Shown here: positions 20,414 to 29,521 of the stretch, one piece after another
Layout: the number at the start of each line of letters is the position of its first letter
How positions within the stretch are numbered: position 1 is the first letter of the stretch
Virus record (IMG/VR): IMGVR_UViG_3300047476_002043
Location: 18,024-82,023 of that record
Source of the DNA: a virus
Length of the DNA stretch: 64,000 nucleotides
Direction: 5' to 3' (one strand)
Position numbers and translations under genes: made by a program
Notes under the pieces: model-generated
What the model saw: only the letters and a program-made list of their open reading frames with translations
The model's database searches: none
What the model was told of the DNA's origin: nothing

Positions 20414-20639
20414 TAGATTCTCCTTCGTTGGTTTGGGTGGCTCATAGAGTGATAACGACTACATTTACTTTAAATATCTCTAAGGTCTCAATCCTCAATT
20501 TAAGAGTTTGTGATGTTCCCTACTCAGTGTTCTTTGTAATTCATTCCTTCGGCTTTAGAGTGTAGAATAACTTTGAGTTTTAGTTGATGATTTTTGCTTC
20601 GCCATCTTTTTTGAAAGATTCTTGATATCGATGAAATCT

Positions 20640-20930
20640 TACTTTGTTGTTCTACCCTTCCACTCAGGGAAGGGTATAAGTTATGATATCTATAAATATT
20701 TTTTTAGTTGTTCTCGTGCGCGCTTGCGCGTATAGATACTAGTATTAAGATTACTTAATACTAGTTATATCTTTATTTATCTATTATTATTTCTTATATA
20801 AGAAGAAGTATTTATTAATATCTTCTTATACTCTTTAGAGTATAAGTTTATATTTATAAGTATCTTACGTAGTAAGATACTTCCTTCTAGCAACGCAGGC
20901 CTGCGCGCGCGTATTTATAGTTGTCAAATT
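20640..20930. other. AT-rich non-coding region with multiple palindromes (candidate replication origin)
   Basis: No ORF; at a divergent transcription switch; four or more short palindromes bracketed by GCGCGTAT-containing motifs. Confidence 0.4.
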
Positions 20931-20945
20931 TAATTCCTAAGGGTA

Positions 20946-20957
20946 GTCATCTTATAC
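20946..20957 (+). promoter_or_regulatory. late-type promoter motif GTCATCTTATAC
   Basis: Member of a recurring RYYATYYTATRC motif upstream of structural genes. Confidence 0.5.
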
Positions 20958-20982
20958 CTAACCAATTTCAAGGAGCTCCCTA

Positions 20983-21630
20983 ATGCCCGAAGATCCCAAA
21001 ATCCACACCATCAGAGCTGAGGAAGATCCAACATTACCTCCTCCCGACTTAGCTATGCACTACGTCAACACAGTAACCAAAGCCATCTGGCTCTCAGCAG
21101 GCATTGATACTGTTGATGACTGGATCCTGATCGTTCCTGCATCAAGAACAGTTACAGTTGGACCTGGCTTAGTTGGTGGTGGGGCACTGGATGACGATAT
21201 CAGTATATCCATTGCCGATACCGATGTCACTGAGGGTACCTACCGTAACCCGCTCATGACAGTCAACTCAAGAGGTCAGGTTACTGATATCTCTGAAGGG
21301 CTAACTGGTAATGACGTTGTGCGTCGGTTGACGATCGGTATTGATGCTATCACTGATTCAACTTTCGATATACCGGACCTCGTTCGAGTCATCGAAGTTA
21401 GAGTCGTCATCACAACGGCCTACGACAACAATGCTCGTATCTCTGTTGGTAAAGCTTCTAGTCCATCGTGCTATGCAACGGACAACAAGAGCTACCCAGC
21501 TGCGATTGGCACTTATGTCTTTAGGCAGGATGTGTTTAGTGGTCTTGCTGCCGCTCCGCTACGAGTTAGCATCAGTAACAATCCTACGGTTGGTGCTGGT
21601 GAAGTTGTGATCAAATACCTCCTTCCGTAA
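20983..21630 (+). CDS. tail fibre/virion appendage-related protein
   Basis: GPGLVGGGAL..ISI..T.VTEGTY...TVNSRGQVT motif typical of phage fibre proteins. Confidence 0.6.
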   Translation: MPEDPKIHTIRAEEDPTLPPPDLAMHYVNTVTKAIWLSAGIDTVDDWILIVPASRTVTVGPGLVGGGALDDDISISIADTDVTEGTYRNPLMTVNSRGQVTDISEGLTGNDVVRRLTIGIDAITDSTFDIPDLVRVIEVRVVITTAYDNNARISVGKASSPSCYATDNKSYPAAIGTYVFRQDVFSGLAAAPLRVSISNNPTVGAGEVVIKYLLP

Positions 21631-21635
21631 GTTGA

Positions 21636-21676
21636 CGTTCTACTCCTCCCATGATGGGAGGAGTAGAACGCTTTTT
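21636..21676 (+). terminator. intrinsic terminator
   Basis: 16-bp stem followed by CTTTTT. Confidence 0.75.
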
Positions 21677-21724
21677 GATCATCCTATGGAACCATAATAA
21701 TTCACCACCCAAGGGGTAACCTTT

Positions 21725-22210
21725 ATGCCCGATAGTACAGACATCATTGAAAATATCGTCGGTTTCATGACCGCCGATGGTAAGGTGTGGCGACTTCCGA
21801 CTGGAGTGGCTACAACCCTGAAGCAAGTCCTGGCCGTCACGAACGCATCGACAGGTCAGGTTGAATTCGTTACATTGACCAAGACTGATCTTGGCTTAGG
21901 TAATGTGAGCAATGTTGACCAGTTACCAAGAAGTGCTGAATACGAAATGACAACAGCCGGAGTCGCTTACATGGTAGTTCAAGCCGACAACGGGAAGACT
22001 AAAGGCTGTGACACTGGAGTTGTTCTCGACGACCTCTTACCATTCACTCAAATCGTTGTGTTCAATGAAGCTAACGTTGACATCCCGTACACGCTTCCCG
22101 TTGGATACACCCAGAAAGGCGGTAATACGGATTCTAAAATCCGTAAACACACCTACGCCTCTTTCCAATGGATTTCTTCAACAGAGCTCCGCATTGCTTG
22201 CTCACCTTAA
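21725..22210 (+). CDS. fibre-associated virion protein
   Basis: TKTDLGLGNVSN repeat-like motif seen in phage tail fibres. Confidence 0.55.
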   Translation: MPDSTDIIENIVGFMTADGKVWRLPTGVATTLKQVLAVTNASTGQVEFVTLTKTDLGLGNVSNVDQLPRSAEYEMTTAGVAYMVVQADNGKTKGCDTGVVLDDLLPFTQIVVFNEANVDIPYTLPVGYTQKGGNTDSKIRKHTYASFQWISSTELRIACSP

Positions 22211-22232
22211 CAACTAACATGGAGATGTTCTT

Positions 22233-23057
22233 ATGGCACTAGCCTTAGATGTTGTTCAGAACATCTTGCAATGTTCTGTTAACGGTCAGGGTACAGCCAA
22301 CGGCTGGACCTTTAGTTTGCCAGCTGGAGTGCTGGACAATGATCAATTCCAGATTAGTGGAGATTATGTCCAGCCTAAGTCTACTGGGACATTTAGATGT
22401 GCTCATATGGTCGTTAGGATAATGGCTGTTAATGGCGGTACAACGGTTTATGCCAACAGGCTTATAAACGTTGTCGACTTTGGTATGAAGATGACTGCCC
22501 TAGGGCAGGGAATATCCTACAACAGCACCATCTATTCGTCATTCGCTATTAACAACAGCGGACAAAATTCCTACACCATCTCCTTCAATTTCTACATCAA
22601 TGCGACACCATCGATCAACCATGAGTTTGCTATATTTGGTAAGTCCTCTGCGGCCACTTACTACATGTACATATACGTCACTACAACATCAGGCGTTATC
22701 TTGTACTGCAAAACCGGTGCTGGCGCATCTAACACGATGGTTCTAACGAGCACGAACACATGTAGACGTGGACAATGGAATCAGTATTCGATATCCATAC
22801 CAGCTGGATCTTCGGTATTGTGGTCAACTACGCTCAATGGTGTAGTGACTACATCAGGTAGCAATGTGGCATTCCCTAACTTAAACTTTTCAACAGGCTT
22901 AGATTCGTACGGTGGACCATCAGGATCGGGAAACACGATGATCATTTCTGATCTTAAGGTTATTGAGAACTCAACAACAAAGATCGATGAAAAACTCCAA
23001 TCATTGCCGACCAATGCGTCAGCTTTAGGATCACCAACATTCAATCAATCCTCTTAA
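22233..23057 (+). CDS. adhesin-like protein A: conserved N-domain plus LamG/ConA-like domain
   Basis: GQGTANGWTFSLPAG..DNDQFQISGD N-terminus; YTISFNFY, GQWNQY, LNG lectin-like pattern. Confidence 0.6.
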   Translation: MALALDVVQNILQCSVNGQGTANGWTFSLPAGVLDNDQFQISGDYVQPKSTGTFRCAHMVVRIMAVNGGTTVYANRLINVVDFGMKMTALGQGISYNSTIYSSFAINNSGQNSYTISFNFYINATPSINHEFAIFGKSSAATYYMYIYVTTTSGVILYCKTGAGASNTMVLTSTNTCRRGQWNQYSISIPAGSSVLWSTTLNGVVTTSGSNVAFPNLNFSTGLDSYGGPSGSGNTMIISDLKVIENSTTKIDEKLQSLPTNASALGSPTFNQSS

Positions 23058-23072
23058 CCCCAAGGTAACAAG

Positions 23073-23945
23073 ATGGCTATCTATGCGACAGCAGGACAGA
23101 CTATCTTCAACTGCTCAGTTGGTGGACAAGGTACAGCCAACGGCTGGACTTTTACTTTACCTGCTGGAGTTGCAGATAATGACCTTTTTCAAATCAGTGG
23201 TGATTCCGTCCAGTTCAAATCAGCCACAGCTTACTACTGTAGACAATACGCAGTGCGCGTCAACGGCGTTAATGGTGGCAACACGACACTGATTGCGCAA
23301 ACGTTTATCGTTGGCGAGCGTGGGATGCGACCTAACCTAACTAGTGTATCGGGTTTGAGTTATAACTCAGCGATTTACAACAGTCTGGTTAATACTAGCG
23401 CTTCCATGGACTGTACAGTTGAATTTGCGGCCTACATTCCTCCGGCAGGATCTAACTCGCTGTATTCGATCATGGCAAGGGGCACATCGTACCTCAGCAG
23501 TTCATCACCAACAGGAACTTCACACATTCTAGCGCTGATGATCTCCAACGTAGCGACTCCGACCGTAAGTCTATACGCACTCAACACGTCAGGAGCCCTC
23601 CAATCTTTAATTACTGCATCATCTGCATTCGGCCTTACTCGATCGGTGTGGATTAGTGTCAAGATAACGTGGACAGCAGCCGCAGCAACAACAGTCACGC
23701 TTGATATCAACGGTACTCAAGTTGTTGCTGGTACATCTTCATCCTATCACCTCAATTTACAACAGGCAGCTATTGATGGAGGTATGTGGACAGGGTGTTC
23801 CAATGGAGTTGCTAACTCAGGTGCTCCTTTGATGGCAGATTTGGTTATCACTCAAAACAGTTACAACGTCCTCACCGATCCTATGACGTCCCAACACGCC
23901 AACGCCACTCTTGTTGGCACCCCAGTCTTCAACCTACTCAACTAA
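23073..23945 (+). CDS. adhesin-like protein B (paralog)
   Basis: Same N-terminal domain, divergent Ser/Thr-rich beta-sandwich-like C-terminus. Confidence 0.6.
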   Translation: MAIYATAGQTIFNCSVGGQGTANGWTFTLPAGVADNDLFQISGDSVQFKSATAYYCRQYAVRVNGVNGGNTTLIAQTFIVGERGMRPNLTSVSGLSYNSAIYNSLVNTSASMDCTVEFAAYIPPAGSNSLYSIMARGTSYLSSSSPTGTSHILALMISNVATPTVSLYALNTSGALQSLITASSAFGLTRSVWISVKITWTAAAATTVTLDINGTQVVAGTSSSYHLNLQQAAIDGGMWTGCSNGVANSGAPLMADLVITQNSYNVLTDPMTSQHANATLVGTPVFNLLN

Positions 23946-23964
23946 CACAACAAGGATCATCATC

Positions 23965-24840
23965 ATGTCTATCTACGCAACAGCAGGGCAGACTATCTTC
24001 AGCTGCAACGTCGGCGGTCAGGGTACAGCCAACGGCTGGACCTTCACCCTTCCGGCAGGCATCCAGGACAACGATAGCTTCCAGATCAGCGGCGACAACG
24101 TTCAATTCAAGTCAGCCATCACCTACTACTGCAAAACCTACAACATCCGTGTTCAGGGCGTTAACGGTTCCAGCTCCGCGCTCATTCTTCAGCCGATCAC
24201 CATCAAGGAACGTGGCATGAAGTCTAGCGCTGCTACCGGTACTGGCGTTAGCTACAACTCAACCATCTGCAACGGCTGGGTCAACTCCAGCGCTACTGTC
24301 GATACCACAGTCGAATTCGCATTCTACATCCCGACTACAGCAGCGGCGACTGTCGCTTACTGCCTCTGTGCTAGGACATCTGGTACCAACATCACAACAA
24401 CTGTTCCAACACAAGCGACAACAGTTCTCTCGATGCTGCTCGATACGACAACCAGTCCTAACGTAACGCTTTACGTCAGGAACCCCGCCGGTACCTTGAT
24501 CACAACCCACTCAGCCATCTCTTCCTTCGGCTTGGTTCGTGGTAACTGGTACAGCTGCAAAATCACTTGGTCGGCCGCTGCCTCCACTGTCGTTACTCTC
24601 GACATCAATGGCATTCAGTCCAACGCCACTGCCTCTGCCAACAACCACATCGGCGGAGCCACCATCCAGACTGACGGTATCGTGTATACCGGAAGCGCCA
24701 TCTCTAGCGGTACCAACTACCCGATCATCGCTGACCTTCGCGTCATCCAGGCCGGCTTCGGTGTTATCACTGACCCGATGACCGCACAGCATTCTCAGGC
24801 TACACTTGTGGGTACACCTACCTTCAACCAAGTTAGCTGA
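23965..24840 (+). CDS. adhesin-like protein C (paralog)
   Basis: Same N-terminal domain; start re-picked at MSIYATAG after AAGGA. Confidence 0.6.
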   Translation: MSIYATAGQTIFSCNVGGQGTANGWTFTLPAGIQDNDSFQISGDNVQFKSAITYYCKTYNIRVQGVNGSSSALILQPITIKERGMKSSAATGTGVSYNSTICNGWVNSSATVDTTVEFAFYIPTTAAATVAYCLCARTSGTNITTTVPTQATTVLSMLLDTTTSPNVTLYVRNPAGTLITTHSAISSFGLVRGNWYSCKITWSAAASTVVTLDINGIQSNATASANNHIGGATIQTDGIVYTGSAISSGTNYPIIADLRVIQAGFGVITDPMTAQHSQATLVGTPTFNQVS

Positions 24841-24856
24841 TAGGGCTGATTAAGTA

Positions 24857-26893
24857 ATGCGTACGGCCATCTCAACTGCGATGATTAGCAGCTTCGCGGC
24901 TTCGGTGGCCGTGTTGTCTGTAACCTTCGCTGATGAAGATATACTCCTCAATAACTTCAGTGAAACTACTCCTGCGGTTATTGGGGTAACCTTCGTCGAT
25001 AACGATGTTCTTAGAGACAATATGGTCGATGAGGTTATGCCTATATCGACCAACTTCGTCGACCCAGATATCTTGTTGAAGGATGTTGATGAAGAGCCCT
25101 TTTACGGGAGTACCGCATTTGTTGATAGTGAAATCTTGCGCACCGATATGCAAGATATCACCAATCCAATAAACGCTTATTTCGCGGATGGAGACATCCT
25201 AGCAAGAAACCTTTCTGAAGCATACCCAGGAACAATAACTGCGGTAGAAACGGATAGTGATGTCTTGCTGAATAACTGGAACGAAACCATCCTCACGGGA
25301 TCAACATCTTTTACCGATAGCGATATCCTTTTAACGGGACTCACCGCTTCGTACCCAGCTCTAATATCGGCAGTCATTGTCGATGCCGACATCTTACTCG
25401 CGAACATGTCCGATGGCGTCGCCACGATCGTCACATCGTTCGCCGATAACGACATCCTTTTACGAAGCCTAGCTGAGGCCCCAAGTTACGGAAGCGCATC
25501 AATAGCCGATAGTGACATTCTCAGCAAAAACTTAACTGAAAGCTACAGCACAGCCATAAGTGCTTCGTTTGCTGATAGTGATGTTTTGTTGAGAGTGCTT
25601 AATGAAGGTCCCGCCTCCGGATCGGCCTCTGTAGTTGATAGTGATGTGATGCGCGCGGCGCTTTCCGAGAGCTACCCAACATCAGTCTCGACTAGCTTCC
25701 CGGATACAGACATCCTGCTCGTTGTTCGCGCAGAAGCCCCAACATCGGGATCCACGAACATACCAGATACGGATATCCTTCTGATCAATATGCCCTCCGG
25801 GCCGACGATTGGAAGTACCAACATCCCAGACTCGGATATGCTGCTTAACCAAGTTACAGCAGGCCCTTCGATCGGTAGCACCACGATACCTGATAGCGAC
25901 ATTCTTCTCAAATCTCTCACTGCCAACGGCGGCACAACCATCACCACATCCTTCCCAGATAGTGATATCCTTAGAAGGAGTCTTGCAGCTGAGCCTACCA
26001 TGGGTAGCACAACCATACCCGATAGTGACATACTACTCAGATCCTTGGTTGAACTCCCACTTACCGGTAGCACCACGATTCCAGACACAGACATCCTCAA
26101 AGCTAACCTTGTTGAAAATGGTGGCGTAGCCATCTCTACAACATTCGCCGATGCGGATATCCTCAATCGAAATCTCACCGCTGGTCCGACAATCGGATCG
26201 ACTACAATCCCTGATAGCGACATCCTTGTTGCTAACAACACGGCGACCTACCCAGGTGTTGTTACAACCTCGATTCCCGATGCGGATATACTCCTCAATA
26301 ACCGAACAGCCGGACCAACTAACGGTTCGACATCTATTCCGGATAGCGATATCTTGCTTAGATCTCTTACCGCTTCTGGAGGCACACTCGTCACTGCTAC
26401 GTTCGCTGATGCTGATGTTCTCCTTAGGTCGCTCACAGCCTCCGGTGGTACCCTCATTACAGCCACATTCGCGGATGCCGACATCTTGCGCATGTCCCTT
26501 GCTGAATACTACCCGACACCCGGTTCGACTTCGTTTGCTGATAGTGATGTCTTGCTCAAAGATATGCCTGCGACAACAGTTCTCGCCGGTAGTGCAAACT
26601 ACCCCGATTCTGACATTGAAAGACTCAACCTTACAGGTTCCGCTGGTAACGGTGGGTTGGCAACATTCCCTGACTCCGACATCGAAAGACGTAATCTCAC
26701 CGGCTCTGCTGGCAATGGCGGTCTCGCTACCTTCCCGGATAACGATATCGAGAGAAGGAACCTTACAGGTTCCGCTGGTAACGGTGGGTTGGCTACCTTC
26801 CCCGACAGTGATATCGAACTTAAAGTCGCTACTGCTCCTGCCTACCAGGCAACGATCACCGACCTTGATTCGGTCTACACTATCAACACATAA
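24857..26893 (+). CDS. repeat protein made of 31 tandem 21/22-aa DxD-IL repeats
   Basis: (F/I)(P/A)DxDIL recurs along almost the whole 678 aa. Confidence 0.8.
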   Translation: MRTAISTAMISSFAASVAVLSVTFADEDILLNNFSETTPAVIGVTFVDNDVLRDNMVDEVMPISTNFVDPDILLKDVDEEPFYGSTAFVDSEILRTDMQDITNPINAYFADGDILARNLSEAYPGTITAVETDSDVLLNNWNETILTGSTSFTDSDILLTGLTASYPALISAVIVDADILLANMSDGVATIVTSFADNDILLRSLAEAPSYGSASIADSDILSKNLTESYSTAISASFADSDVLLRVLNEGPASGSASVVDSDVMRAALSESYPTSVSTSFPDTDILLVVRAEAPTSGSTNIPDTDILLINMPSGPTIGSTNIPDSDMLLNQVTAGPSIGSTTIPDSDILLKSLTANGGTTITTSFPDSDILRRSLAAEPTMGSTTIPDSDILLRSLVELPLTGSTTIPDTDILKANLVENGGVAISTTFADADILNRNLTAGPTIGSTTIPDSDILVANNTATYPGVVTTSIPDADILLNNRTAGPTNGSTSIPDSDILLRSLTASGGTLVTATFADADVLLRSLTASGGTLITATFADADILRMSLAEYYPTPGSTSFADSDVLLKDMPATTVLAGSANYPDSDIERLNLTGSAGNGGLATFPDSDIERRNLTGSAGNGGLATFPDNDIERRNLTGSAGNGGLATFPDSDIELKVATAPAYQATITDLDSVYTINT

Positions 26894-26905
26894 GGAACCT
26901 GCACA

Positions 26906-27250
26906 ATGTTACCCAACGAAAGAATGTACAAGGTCACGTTCAAGGATGGAACGGTTAATAACGTTCCGTTCGAGATCCCGCCTGAACCGAGTGATGCAAC
27001 TGGTATCGTTTCAGTCGTTCTGAAAGATCCGACGCCAACTACCGATGTTGTACAAGTTAGCGCCAGTTTCTGGCGCAGCTTACCCGATGAAATCAGAGGA
27101 GCGTTCTTGGTTTATCGATCATCGATAACTCAGGCTCTCGAAGAAGGCGATTATGTCGCCGCTAGACTCTGTATAGGCAACGTTACGGTACCTCCAGAAT
27201 TGGAAGCCGTTAAACAACAGTTGCTTGATTTGATACCAACAGGGCCTTGA
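26906..27250 (+). CDS. hypothetical protein, possible fibre assembly chaperone
   Basis: 114 aa, last gene before a strong hairpin; function inferred from position only. Confidence 0.55.
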   Translation: MLPNERMYKVTFKDGTVNNVPFEIPPEPSDATGIVSVVLKDPTPTTDVVQVSASFWRSLPDEIRGAFLVYRSSITQALEEGDYVAARLCIGNVTVPPELEAVKQQLLDLIPTGP

Positions 27251-27253
27251 TCC

Positions 27254-27285
27254 ACCATCCCATCTCCAAAAGGAGATGGGATGGT
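27254..27285. terminator. 14-bp perfect hairpin
   Basis: ACCATCCCATCTCC-AAAA-GGAGATGGGATGGT. Confidence 0.65.
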
Positions 27286-27327
27286 TATTCTATGCCGTCA
27301 TAAAAAACAACAAAAGGAACCAAAATC

Positions 27328-27858
27328 ATGCGATCGTTCTTAATCCTCCTCATTACACTCATCCTTACCTCGTGTGGTATGGTTGGGTTCGAAAACAAAT
27401 CCGCCGTTGCTGCCAGAGAACATACGGCACCTATCAACGATGGTGAGTACGACAATATCACTTCAACCGAAGGTAAGGTTGTCATTCGTCGGACAACCTC
27501 CTATCGTGCATTGATCAAAGCCGATACTCATGTGGACACCAAGCAACAAGGTGTTGATGCATCGAGTAAAGTTGATGTCAATCTTGCGGTTAGTAAGTAC
27601 CTCGGGACCATCTTCACTGGAGGAGCTGGTTCGGCTATGATGGCCCTCGATGCTTTGGTTGCTAAGCCTAGCGATGCACTTACTTCGGAGGAAGCTCTGG
27701 CTCTTGCCGTTTCTGCCAATAAGAAAAACGGCGGGGTTCAGCCTGGTAAGGAGGAGATCCTTGCTGCTGTTGAAAAGTATTTACCATCGGCTTCTACGGA
27801 TAAAGCTAAAGAAGCAGCCATGGCGCTTATCAACGACTTGAAATCCAAAAAGGAATAA
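27328..27858 (+). CDS. lipoprotein
   Basis: Signal peptide with lipobox LTSC. Confidence 0.7.
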   Translation: MRSFLILLITLILTSCGMVGFENKSAVAAREHTAPINDGEYDNITSTEGKVVIRRTTSYRALIKADTHVDTKQQGVDASSKVDVNLAVSKYLGTIFTGGAGSAMMALDALVAKPSDALTSEEALALAVSANKKNGGVQPGKEEILAAVEKYLPSASTDKAKEAAMALINDLKSKKE

Positions 27859-27861
27859 GTT

Positions 27862-28119
27862 ATGAAAAAATTAAACCTTCTCTTCCTCATCCTGTTGTTT
27901 GCTAGCTGCGCTAGCGTCTTCAGCCCTACCTCCAGCTCTACCGGCACCGTCAAAGACAAAGGTCAGATGCGTGGCGATTATGCCAACATCAGCGGTAAGC
28001 GAGGTGTTGAGATCATCGAAGAAACAACTGTCGTTTATGAAGGCGACCTGAAGTCAGTTCAGGAAGCCTTGCAGAAGGACGTCACTGCTAAGCAGGGCGC
28101 AAAAACAAAAGGCGAATGA
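27862..28119 (+). CDS. lipoprotein
   Basis: MKK + hydrophobic stretch + FASC lipobox. Confidence 0.7.
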   Translation: MKKLNLLFLILLFASCASVFSPTSSSTGTVKDKGQMRGDYANISGKRGVEIIEETTVVYEGDLKSVQEALQKDVTAKQGAKTKGE

Positions 28120-28125
28120 GATCCA

Positions 28126-28161
28126 ACCCTACCAAGCTACCTTGCGGTAGCTTGGTAGGGT
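28126..28161. terminator. hairpin between convergent genes
   Basis: 16-bp perfect stem, TTGC/GCAA loop. Confidence 0.7.
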
Positions 28162-28168
28162 GTTCTGT

Positions 28169-28600
28169 TTAGAGCTCACCGTCAAGTAGCTTTCTAATAA
28201 GATCTTCAAGATTGCTAATAACTGTCTTGGTAAGGATATCGCGATGGAAGAACGGGAACTGATGAATGAGCACGCTCAGCTTGTAAATATGCACCTCACC
28301 GCCAACGATTTTAATATCGATAAACGGTAACGGTAATGCACTATCTCCTCTCTTGGTTGAGATGCTGACAGTGGAGATGTTGAAATTGGCCACGACCAAC
28401 ATGTCGACGGCAGCAGCTGCTGCTTCATGCGCGCTGCTGGTTTCGAGAGACTGGTTTAGAGCGGTCACTTTGAGTGTGACTACAGCTTTAGACTCATCCA
28501 TCGATCCATCGGCGATAAGCTTCTCGATGTAGGCATCGTACTTGTCCATGACGGCCTTGATTTCAGCATCGCGCTGCGCGAAGATTTCTTTGAGGTTCAT
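28169..28600 (-). CDS. hypothetical protein
   Basis: 143 aa, GGGAG RBS. Confidence 0.65.
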   Translation of the reverse strand: MNLKEIFAQRDAEIKAVMDKYDAYIEKLIADGSMDESKAVVTLKVTALNQSLETSSAHEAAAAAVDMLVVANFNISTVSISTKRGDSALPLPFIDIKIVGGEVHIYKLSVLIHQFPFFHRDILTKTVISNLEDLIRKLLDGEL

Positions 28601-28896
28601 GTCTGATCTCCCTGCTGTTGTTTTGGTGCTTTGACGAATGTAAATCCAAACCCTCTTCCTGTTATAGGCTTGCGATTGACTAAGGATCCAACTAGAATTA
28701 TGACTGACCCGTCAGAAAGCTTCACGGGTACAGCTTTATCTTTAATCCAGCGATCTTCAGAGGAAGCTTTCACATCTTGATTCACCGGATCACGACAGGT
28801 CAATTGAGCAACAGTCACAAGAATCTTGTAAAGATCATTGTAGCTGTATCTTAACTCATCATCTTCTTTGCTCATAAGCTTCTCCCAGTTGTTCAT
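28597..28896 (-). CDS. hypothetical protein
   Basis: 99 aa; early promoter motif ends 4 nt before the ATG. Confidence 0.6.
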   Translation of the reverse strand: MNNWEKLMSKEDDELRYSYNDLYKILVTVAQLTCRDPVNQDVKASSEDRWIKDKAVPVKLSDGSVIILVGSLVNRKPITGRGFGFTFVKAPKQQQGDQT

Positions 28897-28900
28897 GAAA

Positions 28901-28929
28901 GTAATATACTTCCAAGTAACTAATGAAAT
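28901..28929 (-). promoter_or_regulatory. early-type phage promoter motif
   Basis: ATTTCA-N15-TATATTAC. Confidence 0.65.
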
Positions 28930-28978
28930 TGTAGTTGATATAGTTCATTGAATGCGATAGTTAATTCAACAGAAAAAG

Positions 28979-29521
28979 ATGGAGATTACTAAGATGCCAG
29001 AAGAAACTCAACAACAGGGCCTGAAATCTCTCCCGACCTCCTGGTCCAAAGATGACGGCGAAAAGACCGCGAAGACTTTCCCAATTCCGAATAGCAAAGA
29101 AGTCGCTCTCGACTACGCGTATGAAAACGATACCGATGAGCGCGACCGCATTGATGATGAACAGGATGATACCGAGTCCAAAGAACATGTTGAAAAGGCC
29201 ATCAAGCTCTCCAGGAAGCAGGACATCCTCGAGCGTAAATTGGCTATCGAGGAACTCAAGACTAAGATAGCCAAACTCAAACATGAGAGAGTTATTCTTG
29301 AACATACTGAGCGTCGCTTGGAAGTGGCCACTCAAGCCATGGAAGAAGATTGGGACTACTCGCCTGAGGTTCGGATCAAACCTCCAAGTATTCTCGACCT
29401 TGTCAAAGAAAACAATGAAACCGCGCTAGCCAGCAAGAAAACTGCAACAGAAACAATGATCGTTCTGACTTTCATTGTTGGTGTAGCTGTTGTGTTGTCG
29501 CTCTGTGCCATCTTCCAGTGA
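28979..29521 (+). CDS. coiled-coil protein with C-terminal membrane anchor
   Basis: Heptad-like central region and hydrophobic C-terminus. Confidence 0.65.
   Translation: MEITKMPEETQQQGLKSLPTSWSKDDGEKTAKTFPIPNSKEVALDYAYENDTDERDRIDDEQDDTESKEHVEKAIKLSRKQDILERKLAIEELKTKIAKLKHERVILEHTERRLEVATQAMEEDWDYSPEVRIKPPSILDLVKENNETALASKKTATETMIVLTFIVGVAVVLSLCAIFQ

Noticed and set aside
22233-24840. Diversity-generating retroelement behind the variable paralogs
   Set aside because: No reverse transcriptase in the window and no template/variable repeat pair differing only at adenines was seen
26600-26820. 66-nt tandem DNA repeats as a possible CRISPR array
   Set aside because: No unique spacers; they are in-frame coding repeats with synonymous changes
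26151-27023. 290 aa alternative-frame ORF in the repeat gene
   Set aside because: Stop-poor frame caused by repetitive codon usage
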